The position numbers were made by a program, and so were the translations under genes. DNA of 64,000 nt from Legionellales bacterium (GTDB lineage Bacteria > Pseudomonadota > Gammaproteobacteria > UBA1113): the NCBI GenBank assembly GCA_002709565.1, contig PAPY01000040.1, forward strand, positions 2,319-66,318, given 5' to 3'. A model generated the notes under the pieces. It was not told the origin of the DNA. It saw nothing but the letters and a program-made list of their open reading frames with translations, and searched no databases. This document shows, in pieces, positions 40,509 through 50,378 of this stretch. Within the stretch, counting starts at the first letter, position 1. The number at the start of each line of letters is the position of its first letter.

Positions 40509-40544
40509 ATAACAAAGTATAGCAATCTTTGTTATTTCTTGCCA
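40509..40544 (-). promoter_or_regulatory. TA operon promoter with an overlapping inverted-repeat operator
   Basis: Minus strand TGGCAA-N17-TATACT. ATAACAAAG-N9-CTTTGTTAT at 40509-40535 covers the -10. Confidence 0.7.
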
Positions 40545-40673
40545 TTAGGCCGACAATTTTTGTTAGGATTCAGTTAAAATCGTTATTTTGACTACTTATA
40601 TTCATGAGCATTCTTCGAATATGAATATTTGTTATAGAAATCAAAGGCTTGGTTGGCCTTGGATTTGAACGTA

Positions 40674-40940
40674 CTACCTCCTCCCAAATGCAGGTTGTCG
40701 CTTCAATACGAGTTTTTGAGCTTCTTGGCTATCTTCTGTTTCAGTAACTGAGGCCTGTAATGCCGCTGCTGCCTCACTACAACAGTTAGCACCGGCTACA
40801 GCCATATTCTTTAACGCCGTCAAAAACTCAAGTGCTTTTTCAGGCGGGATAGGATTATCATTTCTGCGTCTACGTACTAAGTCACCTGTGCCCATATTTT
40901 CTTTTCCCGATGCTCGTTTTACGCCGCCGTTTTTCACCAT
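40674..40940 (-). CDS. Small hypothetical protein
   Basis: 88-aa ORF with a GAGGAG RBS. No recognisable family. Confidence 0.5.
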   Translation of the reverse strand: MVKNGGVKRASGKENMGTGDLVRRRRNDNPIPPEKALEFLTALKNMAVAGANCCSEAAAALQASVTETEDSQEAQKLVLKRQPAFGRR

Positions 40941-41092
40941 TATGCTCCTCTAAATGCATCAAAAACAGCGCCAATATATCCCATCAAAATCACAAAATCT
41001 ATAATAAATACAACGAGTTAGGAATGTCTTACACGGCATGTGAGATCCAGTCCACGAACTGCAGTTAGGTTTAGGTGATGTAGTAGCCGTGA

Positions 41093-42835
41093 CTATTCTA
41101 TCTCATCCCAGGCAGAGTCTAAGTCACTGTCAATGTCATCTTTGGGACCTCTAATAGCACTGACTTGATCTTTAATGGTCGAAATCGTTTCGTAAGCGAA
41201 TTGCTGAAAACTATTATTCGAAATCAAACAGCGGTTGAGTTTGACTTCGGATTCGAGATTTTGACTGATGATGTGGGCGGTGTCCCCTTCTTTGGCTTCT
41301 AGCGGTGGTAATATTAATGTACTGGGTTGACCGATATTGACTAAATCAGGCAGCAGCAACCCGCGTAAATAATCAGTATTGGTATCCCGTCGAATTTGTA
41401 TGGCAATGCCAACAGCACTCGGCGCGAGTATTTGTATCCCCAGTTTGACCATCGTATTTTCGCATCGTACCCAACGGATCATGCCGATACGCCACTGGTA
41501 GGCGTATTTTTGTGATGGTTCTTGTAGACCAATAATTTCACCGGCGAGTAAACTGACGTTATCGCTGGCTTTGGAGGCAAGACACAAGCCTGTGGGGCTG
41601 GCGTCAATAATATCCCATTGTTGTGGTTTATATTTGGGTTTTTGTACGTCTTCGTCAGTGCCCATATCAACCAGGGGTTTAATTCCAGCGAGAGCATCAG
41701 TATTAATATTGGTGTACATGATTTCCCAGGGGTCAGGGGTGGCCGAGGATTGGTCTTTTTCCCAACGTTTAAGGGCGGGACTTAATTCAACGTCTTCGGG
41801 GCTGGTTTCAAGCTCGGTGGATTTGGCTTGTTGTAATTTAGCAAAAGGTTTCTCGCCGCTTAATGAATGATGGGTGGCGGACAAGCCAATACAAACATTA
41901 AGCTTACCGCTTTCGGGCATGCGCGGATGTTCCCGCGGGGTGAAGACTCCCCAGACATGGCGCAAGTGTTGCAGCGCGCTCACACTGATGCCGTCTTTTT
42001 TTTCGGTGTAAGTTTCTAAAAACTTATTAATGACTTGCGGTAGTTTTTGGGTGACTAGGCCACGGCACGTGGTCTTTTCGGTTTGTTTTTGATCGACCAA
42101 ACGGTACTGCGGCATTTTGTCCTGATCCAACTGCCAGACAAATAAGGCTTTATCAAAATCCCTCTCAATGATATCAACCAAATCATACCAATCATTGAGT
42201 TTTTGATCGATAAGTCCAATTTCTTGATGGCGAAAGCGATAGGGATCAGTGGTTGCTAATAACAAGCAGCGTTTGTAAGCGTTTAAGACGGTGGATTTTT
42301 TATCATCGCCAATACAAATGGGGATATCGGTGAGTTCATTTTCATCGGCAAAGTGATAAAGCCGGTGGATCTTGAGCCATAATTCTTTGGGCGGTAAACG
42401 GTATAACTGAAAACAAATTACCAGGATATTACATAAGTGTGTTAACGCTTGATAGATGGCGCTAACAATTTGGCGGGAGTTAGGTTTTAGTTCTTTTTTG
42501 AGTTTATTTTCTCGCAAACAAAACGCATAGGCGCTAGCAGCGCGGGATTCGAGAGCGAGAGAGATTTTGATGATTTTGGGTTTTTGTGCGGTCGAGGTAT
42601 TGGTTGGCCCAAGGTAGTATTTCTTCAGGCTGCGGCGAATGAATTCTAGGGTTGGCTCTAATGCGATAAGTATAGCGATGTTGTCTTTGATGGAGAGTGC
42701 ATTTTTGGCAATACCCCCCAAATAGTCATAGACTAGCTCAGAGGTTTTGCTCACATTCGCTAAGGGCAATGCTTCAATCCAATGCTCTGCTTCACGCACG
42801 GAGTTGCTTTTTTGGGGTTGCTTTGGCGCGTCCAC
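41093..42835 (-). CDS. FimW-like c-di-GMP receptor (atypical PilZ-type motifs)
   Basis: WIEALPLAN, LLLATTDPY, RxxxR (REHPR), DxSxxG (DASPTG), IGMIRWVR...GIQIL. Confidence 0.68.
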   Translation of the reverse strand: MDAPKQPQKSNSVREAEHWIEALPLANVSKTSELVYDYLGGIAKNALSIKDNIAILIALEPTLEFIRRSLKKYYLGPTNTSTAQKPKIIKISLALESRAASAYAFCLRENKLKKELKPNSRQIVSAIYQALTHLCNILVICFQLYRLPPKELWLKIHRLYHFADENELTDIPICIGDDKKSTVLNAYKRCLLLATTDPYRFRHQEIGLIDQKLNDWYDLVDIIERDFDKALFVWQLDQDKMPQYRLVDQKQTEKTTCRGLVTQKLPQVINKFLETYTEKKDGISVSALQHLRHVWGVFTPREHPRMPESGKLNVCIGLSATHHSLSGEKPFAKLQQAKSTELETSPEDVELSPALKRWEKDQSSATPDPWEIMYTNINTDALAGIKPLVDMGTDEDVQKPKYKPQQWDIIDASPTGLCLASKASDNVSLLAGEIIGLQEPSQKYAYQWRIGMIRWVRCENTMVKLGIQILAPSAVGIAIQIRRDTNTDYLRGLLLPDLVNIGQPSTLILPPLEAKEGDTAHIISQNLESEVKLNRCLISNNSFQQFAYETISTIKDQVSAIRGPKDDIDSDLDSAWDEIE

Positions 42836-42871
42836 GATTCTCTATCCAAACAGTTAAACAAGGCCTATTTA

Positions 42872-43897
42872 TTAAGAGTATATACCATCTACAGAGAGTG
42901 GTGATTTGTAGGGTACTCCTGCAATCTCTTTGACCAATTTTGGTACAAGATAGCCGGGGAGTTGGCGCAGTAATGCATCATAGAGTGCCCTGATACGGGT
43001 GGGCTCCAAGGCAAAGTGAGCACTGCCCTGCACGGGATCTAATTGATGCAGATAATAGGGCAAACAGCCGTGCTTGAAGAGCGTATGGCTCAATTGTGCT
43101 AGCACCCCGGCATTGTCATTGATGTCCCGCAGTAATACCGTTTGATTGAGTGATGTGACATTCGCCTGTTGCAATGCCTGAAGGGCATGTCCTACCTCAG
43201 TATCAATTTCTTGGGGGTGGTTACAGTGCATGACCACAACCGGTTGTAGTCGGGTGCCAGTGAGCCAATTGAGTAATTTGTCATTGATGCGGCTGGGCGT
43301 GACGATGGGCAAACGGCTATGAATGCGCAAAATAGTCACATGGGGGATGTCGGCAATAGCCTGGCATAATTCAGCCAATAAACTATCACTGGCCAGCAGT
43401 GGGTCGCCGCCACTCAAGATAACTTCGCTAATGTCGTCGTGTTCGCGGATATAATCCAGAGCTTTATGCCAGCCTTGGCGGCCGGGGTTATTGTCTTGGT
43501 AAGGGAAATGACGACGAAAACAATAACGGCAATTGATAGCACAACTACCAGCGACAGTGAGTAGAACCCGACCATGGTATTTGTGTAATAGGCCTGGGAT
43601 TGGATTGGCGGCGTGTTCTTTGAGGGGATCCTGGCTGTAACCGGGATGAATGTCTAACTCTTGGGCAACCGGTAACACTTGCAGTAATAAAGGATCCCGA
43701 GGATTGCCCTTTTCCATGCGATTGACGAATTCTCGCGGCACTTTGAGGGGGAAGTCCGCAGTACTGTTTTCGCCTGACAAGACCTGGTTTGGGTCCAGTG
43801 CTAACACGTCACACAGTTCAACGAGGGAAGTAATTGCGGATTTTAAGCTACTTTGCCAGGTTTCAGCCTGCCATTTTATCGTTGTTCGAGGTATCAT
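42872..43897 (-). CDS. epmB: EF-P beta-lysylation protein EpmB (lysine 2,3-aminomutase family)
   Basis: [35 protein letters not shown]. Divergent from efp. Confidence 0.95.
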   Translation of the reverse strand: MIPRTTIKWQAETWQSSLKSAITSLVELCDVLALDPNQVLSGENSTADFPLKVPREFVNRMEKGNPRDPLLLQVLPVAQELDIHPGYSQDPLKEHAANPIPGLLHKYHGRVLLTVAGSCAINCRYCFRRHFPYQDNNPGRQGWHKALDYIREHDDISEVILSGGDPLLASDSLLAELCQAIADIPHVTILRIHSRLPIVTPSRINDKLLNWLTGTRLQPVVVMHCNHPQEIDTEVGHALQALQQANVTSLNQTVLLRDINDNAGVLAQLSHTLFKHGCLPYYLHQLDPVQGSAHFALEPTRIRALYDALLRQLPGYLVPKLVKEIAGVPYKSPLSVDGIYS

Positions 43898-43933
43898 AGG
43901 CGCGAATTTTATCACGTATCAGGCGGGGAGAAT

Positions 43934-44500
43934 ATGGCAAGTTACAGTACTAATGAATTCAAAGGCGGTTTAAAGATCATGCTCGATGGCGATCCCTGCA
44001 GCATTATCGAGAATGAATTCGTCAAACCCGGCAAAGGCCAAGCCTTTAATCGGGTCAAAATTCGTAACTTAAAGACAGGCCGGGTGATAGAGCGTACTTT
44101 TAAATCCGGCGAATCGGTTGAAGCGGCGGACGTTTTAGATGTGGATGCCCAGTATCTGTACAATGACGGTGAGTTTTGGCATTTTATGATTCCTGATACC
44201 TATGAGCAGCATGCCGCGGAGCACAAAGCGGTCCTCGATGCCGAGAAATGGCTCAAAGAACAAGACATGTGTACCGTTACTCTCTGGGATGGTGTACCAC
44301 TGTCTGTTAGTCCGCCGAATTTTGTCAGTCTTACCATCACAGAGACCGATCCTGGCCTCAAAGGCGATACCTCCTCCGGCGGCAGCAAGCCTGCGACCTT
44401 AGAGACCGGTGCTGTAGTGCGGGTTCCCCTGTTCGTCCAAGAAGGCGAAATGATCAAGGTGGATACCCGGACCGGGGAGTATGTTTCGCGGGTTAAATAA
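43934..44500 (+). CDS. efp: Elongation factor P
   Basis: [39 protein letters not shown]. Confidence 0.98.
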   Translation: MASYSTNEFKGGLKIMLDGDPCSIIENEFVKPGKGQAFNRVKIRNLKTGRVIERTFKSGESVEAADVLDVDAQYLYNDGEFWHFMIPDTYEQHAAEHKAVLDAEKWLKEQDMCTVTLWDGVPLSVSPPNFVSLTITETDPGLKGDTSSGGSKPATLETGAVVRVPLFVQEGEMIKVDTRTGEYVSRVK

Positions 44501-44646
44501 CGGGCCCCCGCAAAACGCGCTATGCTTGGTTGTTCGTAAGTCCCGCCTGATTTGCCGAAGCTTAGCATTTCCTTAACCCAGCACATAAAAATTTCTTATT
44601 TCTCAAATAATTGCGCTCGATGAGCCAATACACTACACTGAAAGCC

Positions 44647-44672
44647 GTAAAAAATTGTAAATTTTTGGTAAA
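44647..44672 (+). promoter_or_regulatory. CpxR-like box triplet
   Basis: GTAAA-N5-GTAAA-N6-GTAAA. Confidence 0.6.
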
Positions 44673-44703
44673 TAAGCGCAATATGCCCTAAATCCGGGGA
44701 TCC

Positions 44704-44736
44704 TTTAATAATGCATTAACATTCCCTACCTACAAT
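44704..44736 (+). promoter_or_regulatory. PmrA-like box plus -10 element
   Basis: tTTAAtaaT-N2-aTTAAcatT-N7-TACAAT, resembling the Legionella/Coxiella cTTAAtatT direct repeat placed just upstream of a -10. Confidence 0.65.
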
Positions 44737-44821
44737 GAATCCACGACTGTATAAGAGTAGTACAGTTCCTAAAAGGGATTTTGGGTGAAACACGCAAGAC
44801 GCCAAGAATGAGAGTAGAGCG

Positions 44822-46906
44822 ATGAGTTATCAAGATTTAAGCCCTGAAGCGAAAGCCGGCCTACAATTATTGTGGACTGACTATGTTCGTGATCGCGTAA
44901 CTCTCTTTGGCCTCAAATGTTTGACGTCACATGAAAGACTTGCATTTGTAGAACGTAAGAATGCCAGAATAAGAGGCGAGAATGAAACCCGTAAATCTGA
45001 AGCAAGCCAGCAAGGCCGTGAGGTTGGTGAACTTGCCAAAGAGCTATATGCTGAACCGACTACTGATGATGAAGGACAAGATAGTTTTTACAAACTACAT
45101 TTGATTGAACTTTTTGAAAATCAAGCCTCCGAAAGTGATGATACTGAGCTTGATGACGCAATATACCAGTCAACAAATACACCTCAAAAACTGCTTGAAG
45201 GGTTCTGCAGCTTTCTTGAAAGTAAGCTGAGAAATGCCGTTATATCGGTTGAGGATTTCGTACACAATTACAATCAATACTATCTCAAGAATTGTGCTGA
45301 TGCCTTGAGTGTCTCTCCACGTCATGAACAAAAAGATGATGAGATCATTATATTTAATGCAAGAGATCTTAATGAGCCCGAAGAAGCTAGTATTCACATA
45401 GAAGATGGTGAAGTGTTTTTCTTTGGTCAATTCTCAGTTCCTAAATTTACCTTATATGCTTATGAAAAAGGAACTTTTCACTCAGAGGATATTGATGAGA
45501 GTCATCAACTTTCTGGGAAAATGCAAGTAAAACTGAAATTTAATAGAGAATATAAAAAATTCGAGAAACCGGATGTCCAGGCTGGTAATGCTAGAGGAAC
45601 AGGTGACGTTGATAGGCTCTTACAGAAAGATCAAAACTTTCTGAAAAGAAAGGTTCAAGCCATTTATATTGCTAATCTTAAGAATGCTGATAACGAAGGC
45701 AAATACAAAACGGTTATTGAGGCACTGGAAAATCATAAAACAGATGATATCGATGTGCAGTGGGTTAGATTATGCAAGGAGATAGCAGCGCGTTTAGATG
45801 ATCAATCTGGTGAAACTGATGAACTGTTATTTACCCTAGCTTACAATAAGCTCAGTGGCACTCGAAATGCTTTTGTGGATATTATCAAAACATTAGACAT
45901 TAAAAGTTTTTATGACAGCAATGATCGATTTAAGACTATAGTACCATACTATCTGGATGATATTAGCAATACTGAATTTGACCAAGCCATCCTCGAAGAT
46001 GCTATCAAGCGCTTGTGTGACCGTTATAATGAAGCGGAAGAAGCCAAACCCAAAGGGTTTCTCCAAAGCATGGTTGTAAAAGCATTACAGGCGCATCCGG
46101 ATTATAAGAAAGAGGGTAAGCCGAATTCTCTACTTGTTGGTGGAATACTTGGTAGCGACAATCAAGCGCTTGCCACAATCATAGGTTTGTTAGATCAAGA
46201 TACCAGTACTACTCAGCCATATGCTGCCGAGGTGACTCGTGACGTGGCTAAGCTTGCGGCACATACCGCAAATTTTCTCGATAAGCCAACAGATCAACAG
46301 CGTCAAGTAGCCGTTCGAGAAGAAGCTTATAAAGCACTGAGTACCTGGCAGAAACGTTGGGTGAAGGCAAAATTAGTCGCTGGAGCTGCTGCTTCAATCG
46401 TGGTTGGTTTTGCCTCTTTAGTGCTTGCCGCCGTCGGAGCCGTAATAGTTGCAGCAGCAGCTGGAACGACCCTCTTATCCGCAGGCATGGTTACACCAGG
46501 AAGTATTCCTGCTGCCGTGGCCGGTGGCGGTGTTTTTGGTGCAGGCTGCGTGGGGGTGGTAGCCTCTGCTGGTTTTTTTGCTCAGAATGTTAGGAAACTA
46601 AGACGCTTCAATCGGAATACAGATGCTTTGACAGACAATCCTACCACAGTTCTTGATGGCGCTAACCAAACTGCAGACGAGTTGCTGAGTAATAATAACG
46701 CTCAATCAGATTTTGTTACTGACAGACGCCCATCTGATGAGGAACATAGCGGTGATGAAATGTCACCATCACGAGGGAGTTCACAAAGTGGTTCACCAGT
46801 GAGTTCACCATCAACCTCACCCTCAGCTTCACCGAGAGGAGAGCATAAAGGAAGTGATGCGGACAATACTTCAGAAGACTTAACTGTCGTCATAGGCTCA
46901 CCTTGA
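44822..46906 (+). CDS. Orphan protein with Inc-like bilobed hydrophobic domain and Ser-Pro-rich tail (candidate effector)
   Basis: 694-aa ORF with a hydrophobic hairpin of about 70 aa, an SP-repeat C-terminus and upstream CpxR/PmrA-like boxes. Confidence 0.72.
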   Translation: MSYQDLSPEAKAGLQLLWTDYVRDRVTLFGLKCLTSHERLAFVERKNARIRGENETRKSEASQQGREVGELAKELYAEPTTDDEGQDSFYKLHLIELFENQASESDDTELDDAIYQSTNTPQKLLEGFCSFLESKLRNAVISVEDFVHNYNQYYLKNCADALSVSPRHEQKDDEIIIFNARDLNEPEEASIHIEDGEVFFFGQFSVPKFTLYAYEKGTFHSEDIDESHQLSGKMQVKLKFNREYKKFEKPDVQAGNARGTGDVDRLLQKDQNFLKRKVQAIYIANLKNADNEGKYKTVIEALENHKTDDIDVQWVRLCKEIAARLDDQSGETDELLFTLAYNKLSGTRNAFVDIIKTLDIKSFYDSNDRFKTIVPYYLDDISNTEFDQAILEDAIKRLCDRYNEAEEAKPKGFLQSMVVKALQAHPDYKKEGKPNSLLVGGILGSDNQALATIIGLLDQDTSTTQPYAAEVTRDVAKLAAHTANFLDKPTDQQRQVAVREEAYKALSTWQKRWVKAKLVAGAAASIVVGFASLVLAAVGAVIVAAAAGTTLLSAGMVTPGSIPAAVAGGGVFGAGCVGVVASAGFFAQNVRKLRRFNRNTDALTDNPTTVLDGANQTADELLSNNNAQSDFVTDRRPSDEEHSGDEMSPSRGSSQSGSPVSSPSTSPSASPRGEHKGSDADNTSEDLTVVIGSP

Positions 46907-46918
46907 TAAAACACTTAC

Positions 46919-48247
46919 CTAACTACCCCGCCGCAGCAATTTCACTTTGATTTGCTCGCGGGGTTTCAGGGTCACAAAAAAATCTTTATTCACTGGATTA
47001 AACGATTGAATCAATAATCGATAGCGTTGGGCTATCATCACCAAAATAATATGGGCTTGTAACATGGCAAGTCCGCCGGCAATACACACTCGTGGACCGA
47101 TGCCAAAGGGAATATAGGCAAACTTGGAACGGCCTTGTTTATTCTCATCACTGAAACGCTCGGGATCAAACCGATGGGGCTCAGGCCAATAATCGGGATT
47201 GCGGTGGGCGGCGTAGGTGGAGACAAACAAGTTGGCTTCACTTGGGATGTAATAATCACCCAGCTCAGTTTCGCACATGGTTTGTCGGATCAGTGCCCAC
47301 AGCGGCGGGTACAAACGCAAGGTTTCTTCAATGACCATGCGACAATAGGGTAGACTATCCAAGTCTGCTAACTCCGGCGCGCGGCCATTTAAGGTATCGA
47401 CCTCAGTATATACTTTCTCCGCAATCTCTGGATGGCGGCACAATTCATACAAGGCCCAGAGTAAGGTGTTGCCGGTGGTTTCGTGGCCGGTCACCAAAAA
47501 AGTTTGCATCTCCCCCATCAACACCTCATCAGTAATATCTGAGTCCGCTTGTTGTTGCGCCTCGAGTAATAGGGATAATAAATCATCGGGTTTGTTGGTG
47601 GCGGCACTGCGTTCTGTAATTAACTCACGAAAATTATGGTGTAAGCGTTTCAGCGCGCGCTTAAAACGAATATTGGCAGGTGTTGGCACCCAGTCTGGCA
47701 ATATAAATTTGTAACGCAGCATGCGGTTGCCAATCTTGACGGCGTTGAGAGTGTTGGCTATCTCCCCGCTAAAATCTTTGCTGAAAAGAATGTGGGTTGC
47801 CATATTCAATACCAAGCCCATGATGTCATCATTGAGGCTTAGGGTTTTGTTTTTTTGCGCAGCCACTTCCCAGCGGTCAAGCAATTGTTTGGTTTCGGCA
47901 ATGATCAGCGGAATGAAGGAATAAATGCGTTTGGGGTGAAATTGTGGCTGAATGCGCTTGCGCTGGTTACGCCACAGACTACCATTGTGGACCACTAAAC
48001 CGCGCCCAAGTACACGCAATAGGTAATCGACATAGCGCCCCCGGCGTTGGTATGTCTCAGTGTCTTTTTGCATGACCTGTTGGATATAAACAGGATCACT
48101 GACGATGTAGAGTTCTTCAGAGCCAGAGACTTTGACTAAACCGCCCTTTTTGAGCATGTATAGCTCGAGCACATCACCACTACCTTCTGGCAATTGACCA
48201 AGGACATCTGTGAATTGTATAACTGGCGGTGTTTTCTTTTTTGACAT
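46919..48247 (-). CDS. Cytochrome P450
   Basis: TGHETT (I-helix), ETLRLYPP (ExxR), FDPERF, PFGIGPRVCIAG (heme Cys). Confidence 0.95.
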   Translation of the reverse strand: MSKKKTPPVIQFTDVLGQLPEGSGDVLELYMLKKGGLVKVSGSEELYIVSDPVYIQQVMQKDTETYQRRGRYVDYLLRVLGRGLVVHNGSLWRNQRKRIQPQFHPKRIYSFIPLIIAETKQLLDRWEVAAQKNKTLSLNDDIMGLVLNMATHILFSKDFSGEIANTLNAVKIGNRMLRYKFILPDWVPTPANIRFKRALKRLHHNFRELITERSAATNKPDDLLSLLLEAQQQADSDITDEVLMGEMQTFLVTGHETTGNTLLWALYELCRHPEIAEKVYTEVDTLNGRAPELADLDSLPYCRMVIEETLRLYPPLWALIRQTMCETELGDYYIPSEANLFVSTYAAHRNPDYWPEPHRFDPERFSDENKQGRSKFAYIPFGIGPRVCIAGGLAMLQAHIILVMIAQRYRLLIQSFNPVNKDFFVTLKPREQIKVKLLRRGS

Positions 48248-48306
48248 TTTTTAGGTCTGGCGTATTTCTTGCCCATACTGTACCATCAACAGTTTAGCGG
48301 TACTAG

Positions 48307-48945
48307 ATGGAAACCCTCGTGGCAATTGAATGTAGGCCAAACAAATTCGTTCACATACTGATGACAGTGCTCTGTGTGTTAGTTCTTAGTGCCTGTACCC
48401 CAGATCAATCCTTGCCACCGGTAGGCAGTGATAATTTTGCTACGGGTCCTGAGAGTAAAGCCAAGACTTATTATCCCTTACCCCCTTCCGAGAAATTAGA
48501 ACCCGAAGATATGTGGACCAAGGTAACGCCAATTGCCTCTGACCGCTTGCGGGAGTTTCATGTGGGGATTTATCCCGTGGGTGAAGATATGTTGATTGTT
48601 TTGCCTAGTGAATTTTTCTTTTATCCCAATTCGTCCCACATGAATCCGGGCTATCGACCGGTATTGGATGGTGTGATTAAATTTATTAACCGTTACGATG
48701 TAGAGACTATCAAGGTAGCAGGTTATACCGATGCTGCAGGCAACAAATTGCGCAACAAGGCTTTATCACGGCAACAAGCCCAAAATGTTGCCCGCTACTT
48801 ATGGCGTCATAACCTTAACGCTCGTTATGTGTATGCAACCGGTTATGGCAGTGAATACCCAATTGCGAACAATGTGACCCCTGAGGGGCGTTTGGCAAAC
48901 CGGCGGGTGCAAATCACCTTCCGCCGCCTAACCCCTGAGAGTTAA
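48307..48945 (+). CDS. icmN: IcmN/DotK OmpA-family lipoprotein
   Basis: Lipobox LSAC, VAGYTD...ALSRQQAQNV...GYG...PIA...ANRRVQI. First gene of the icm block. Confidence 0.8.
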   Translation: METLVAIECRPNKFVHILMTVLCVLVLSACTPDQSLPPVGSDNFATGPESKAKTYYPLPPSEKLEPEDMWTKVTPIASDRLREFHVGIYPVGEDMLIVLPSEFFFYPNSSHMNPGYRPVLDGVIKFINRYDVETIKVAGYTDAAGNKLRNKALSRQQAQNVARYLWRHNLNARYVYATGYGSEYPIANNVTPEGRLANRRVQITFRRLTPES

Positions 48946-49751
48946 TGGAGACAACAATGGCGATCAAGAGCAAAACAGCCCCGAAGACCAAGGCGACAGA
49001 CAAAACCACCAAAGCTAGCGCAAAAGCCACCAAGCGCGCGGCGAAACAACAAAAAAAAGGCGCGCTGGAACTGATCCGTTTGCGTAATTTTTATTACCGT
49101 GACAATTATCGTCGTTTGGTGGTGATTTTGTTTTTGTTGGGCATTGTGGCGGCAGGCTTAGGGGGTGTGATTTTTTATCTCGTCACCCATCGGCCGGCGC
49201 CTGTGTATTTTGCTACCAATATCCAAGGCGGATTGATTGATTTACAACCGTTAAATCGCCCTTCTGTCTCCCAGGCGGAGCTCTTGAATTGGGTACAACG
49301 GGCGGTGGCGTCGACATTTACGATGAATTATGTTCAATACCGTCAACAAATCAGTGATACCTTGAATACTTATTTTACCCCTCAAGGCGGACAAAACTTC
49401 CAAGATGCCTTGTCTGCGTCTAATGACTTAGGGGCACTGCAAGCCGGTAAATACATTGTCACCGCGAATGCGACAAGTGCGCCGATTATTGAGGCCCGTG
49501 GTCCATATCCTAACCCACCGTACCGTGGTCGTTACGCCTGGCAAATTGCTATCCCAATGCAGTTAACGGTGCAAAATGAATCTGGCAAGCGCAATCGCTA
49601 CAGCTGTGTGCGTCTGCTGGTCGTGCGCTCCTCGCCGATGGTGGATACCAAGGCAAAAAATCTTGATGGTGTACGGGGTATTGGTATCGGCCAATTCCTA
49701 GCACAGCAAATGACCAGTCCCCAGCAGGATTGTCCGGCACGGCGTGCCTAA
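48945..49751 (+). CDS. icmL: IcmL/DotI type IVB secretion protein
   Basis: LRNFYYRDNYRR, TM, PVYFAT, NYVQYRQQ...YFTPQG. Confidence 0.9.
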   Translation: METTMAIKSKTAPKTKATDKTTKASAKATKRAAKQQKKGALELIRLRNFYYRDNYRRLVVILFLLGIVAAGLGGVIFYLVTHRPAPVYFATNIQGGLIDLQPLNRPSVSQAELLNWVQRAVASTFTMNYVQYRQQISDTLNTYFTPQGGQNFQDALSASNDLGALQAGKYIVTANATSAPIIEARGPYPNPPYRGRYAWQIAIPMQLTVQNESGKRNRYSCVRLLVVRSSPMVDTKAKNLDGVRGIGIGQFLAQQMTSPQQDCPARRA

Positions 49752-49760
49752 GGAAAGGCA

Positions 49761-50378
49761 ATGGCAGCAGAAGGCGGCGCGCGTAATAAATATTTTCTCG
49801 GACTTTGTAGCGCTTTATGTTTAGGTCTCATTGTTGGTATTGGTGTGGTGATTTGGTTTTTGTCCCACCAAAAAGTCCCAGGCTATGCCGCAATCGTACA
49901 AGGACCTGACAAAAAAACCTACGCAGTTACTATGCCGCCATTGGCGCGGCCGATACTTACCCGGGAAGCCATCGTCGACTGGGTTGAAGAAGCAGCAACA
50001 ACAGCGTATACCTACGATTTCGCCAATTATAATGATCAATTAAAACTCACCATGGATACCTACTTCACACCAGACGGTGCTGATCAATTCATGCGGGCGT
50101 TGGAAACCTCCGGTGCCATCAAAAATCTTACCGCAAAGCAATTGGCCGTGAGTTCCGTCGTCTCTGGCACGCCAGTGTTATTGCGGGAAGGCTACTTGAT
50201 GGGGAAATATTCTTGGAAATACGAGTTACCGCTGTTGGTAACGTATCAAAGTGCCAGTGAACGGCAAACCCGTTCGTTGATGGTGACTATCTTGATCGTC
50301 CTGGTGCCACCAAGCGAATCCCCTAAAGGCATCGGCATTGATCAATTTTTATCGAGAAATTATGTGGCACGTAGCTAA
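49761..50378 (+). CDS. icmL: Second IcmL/DotI paralog
   Basis: TM, AYTYDFANY...YFTPDG...F, WKYELPLLVTYQSAS, GIGIDQF. Confidence 0.88.
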   Translation: MAAEGGARNKYFLGLCSALCLGLIVGIGVVIWFLSHQKVPGYAAIVQGPDKKTYAVTMPPLARPILTREAIVDWVEEAATTAYTYDFANYNDQLKLTMDTYFTPDGADQFMRALETSGAIKNLTAKQLAVSSVVSGTPVLLREGYLMGKYSWKYELPLLVTYQSASERQTRSLMVTILIVLVPPSESPKGIGIDQFLSRNYVARS

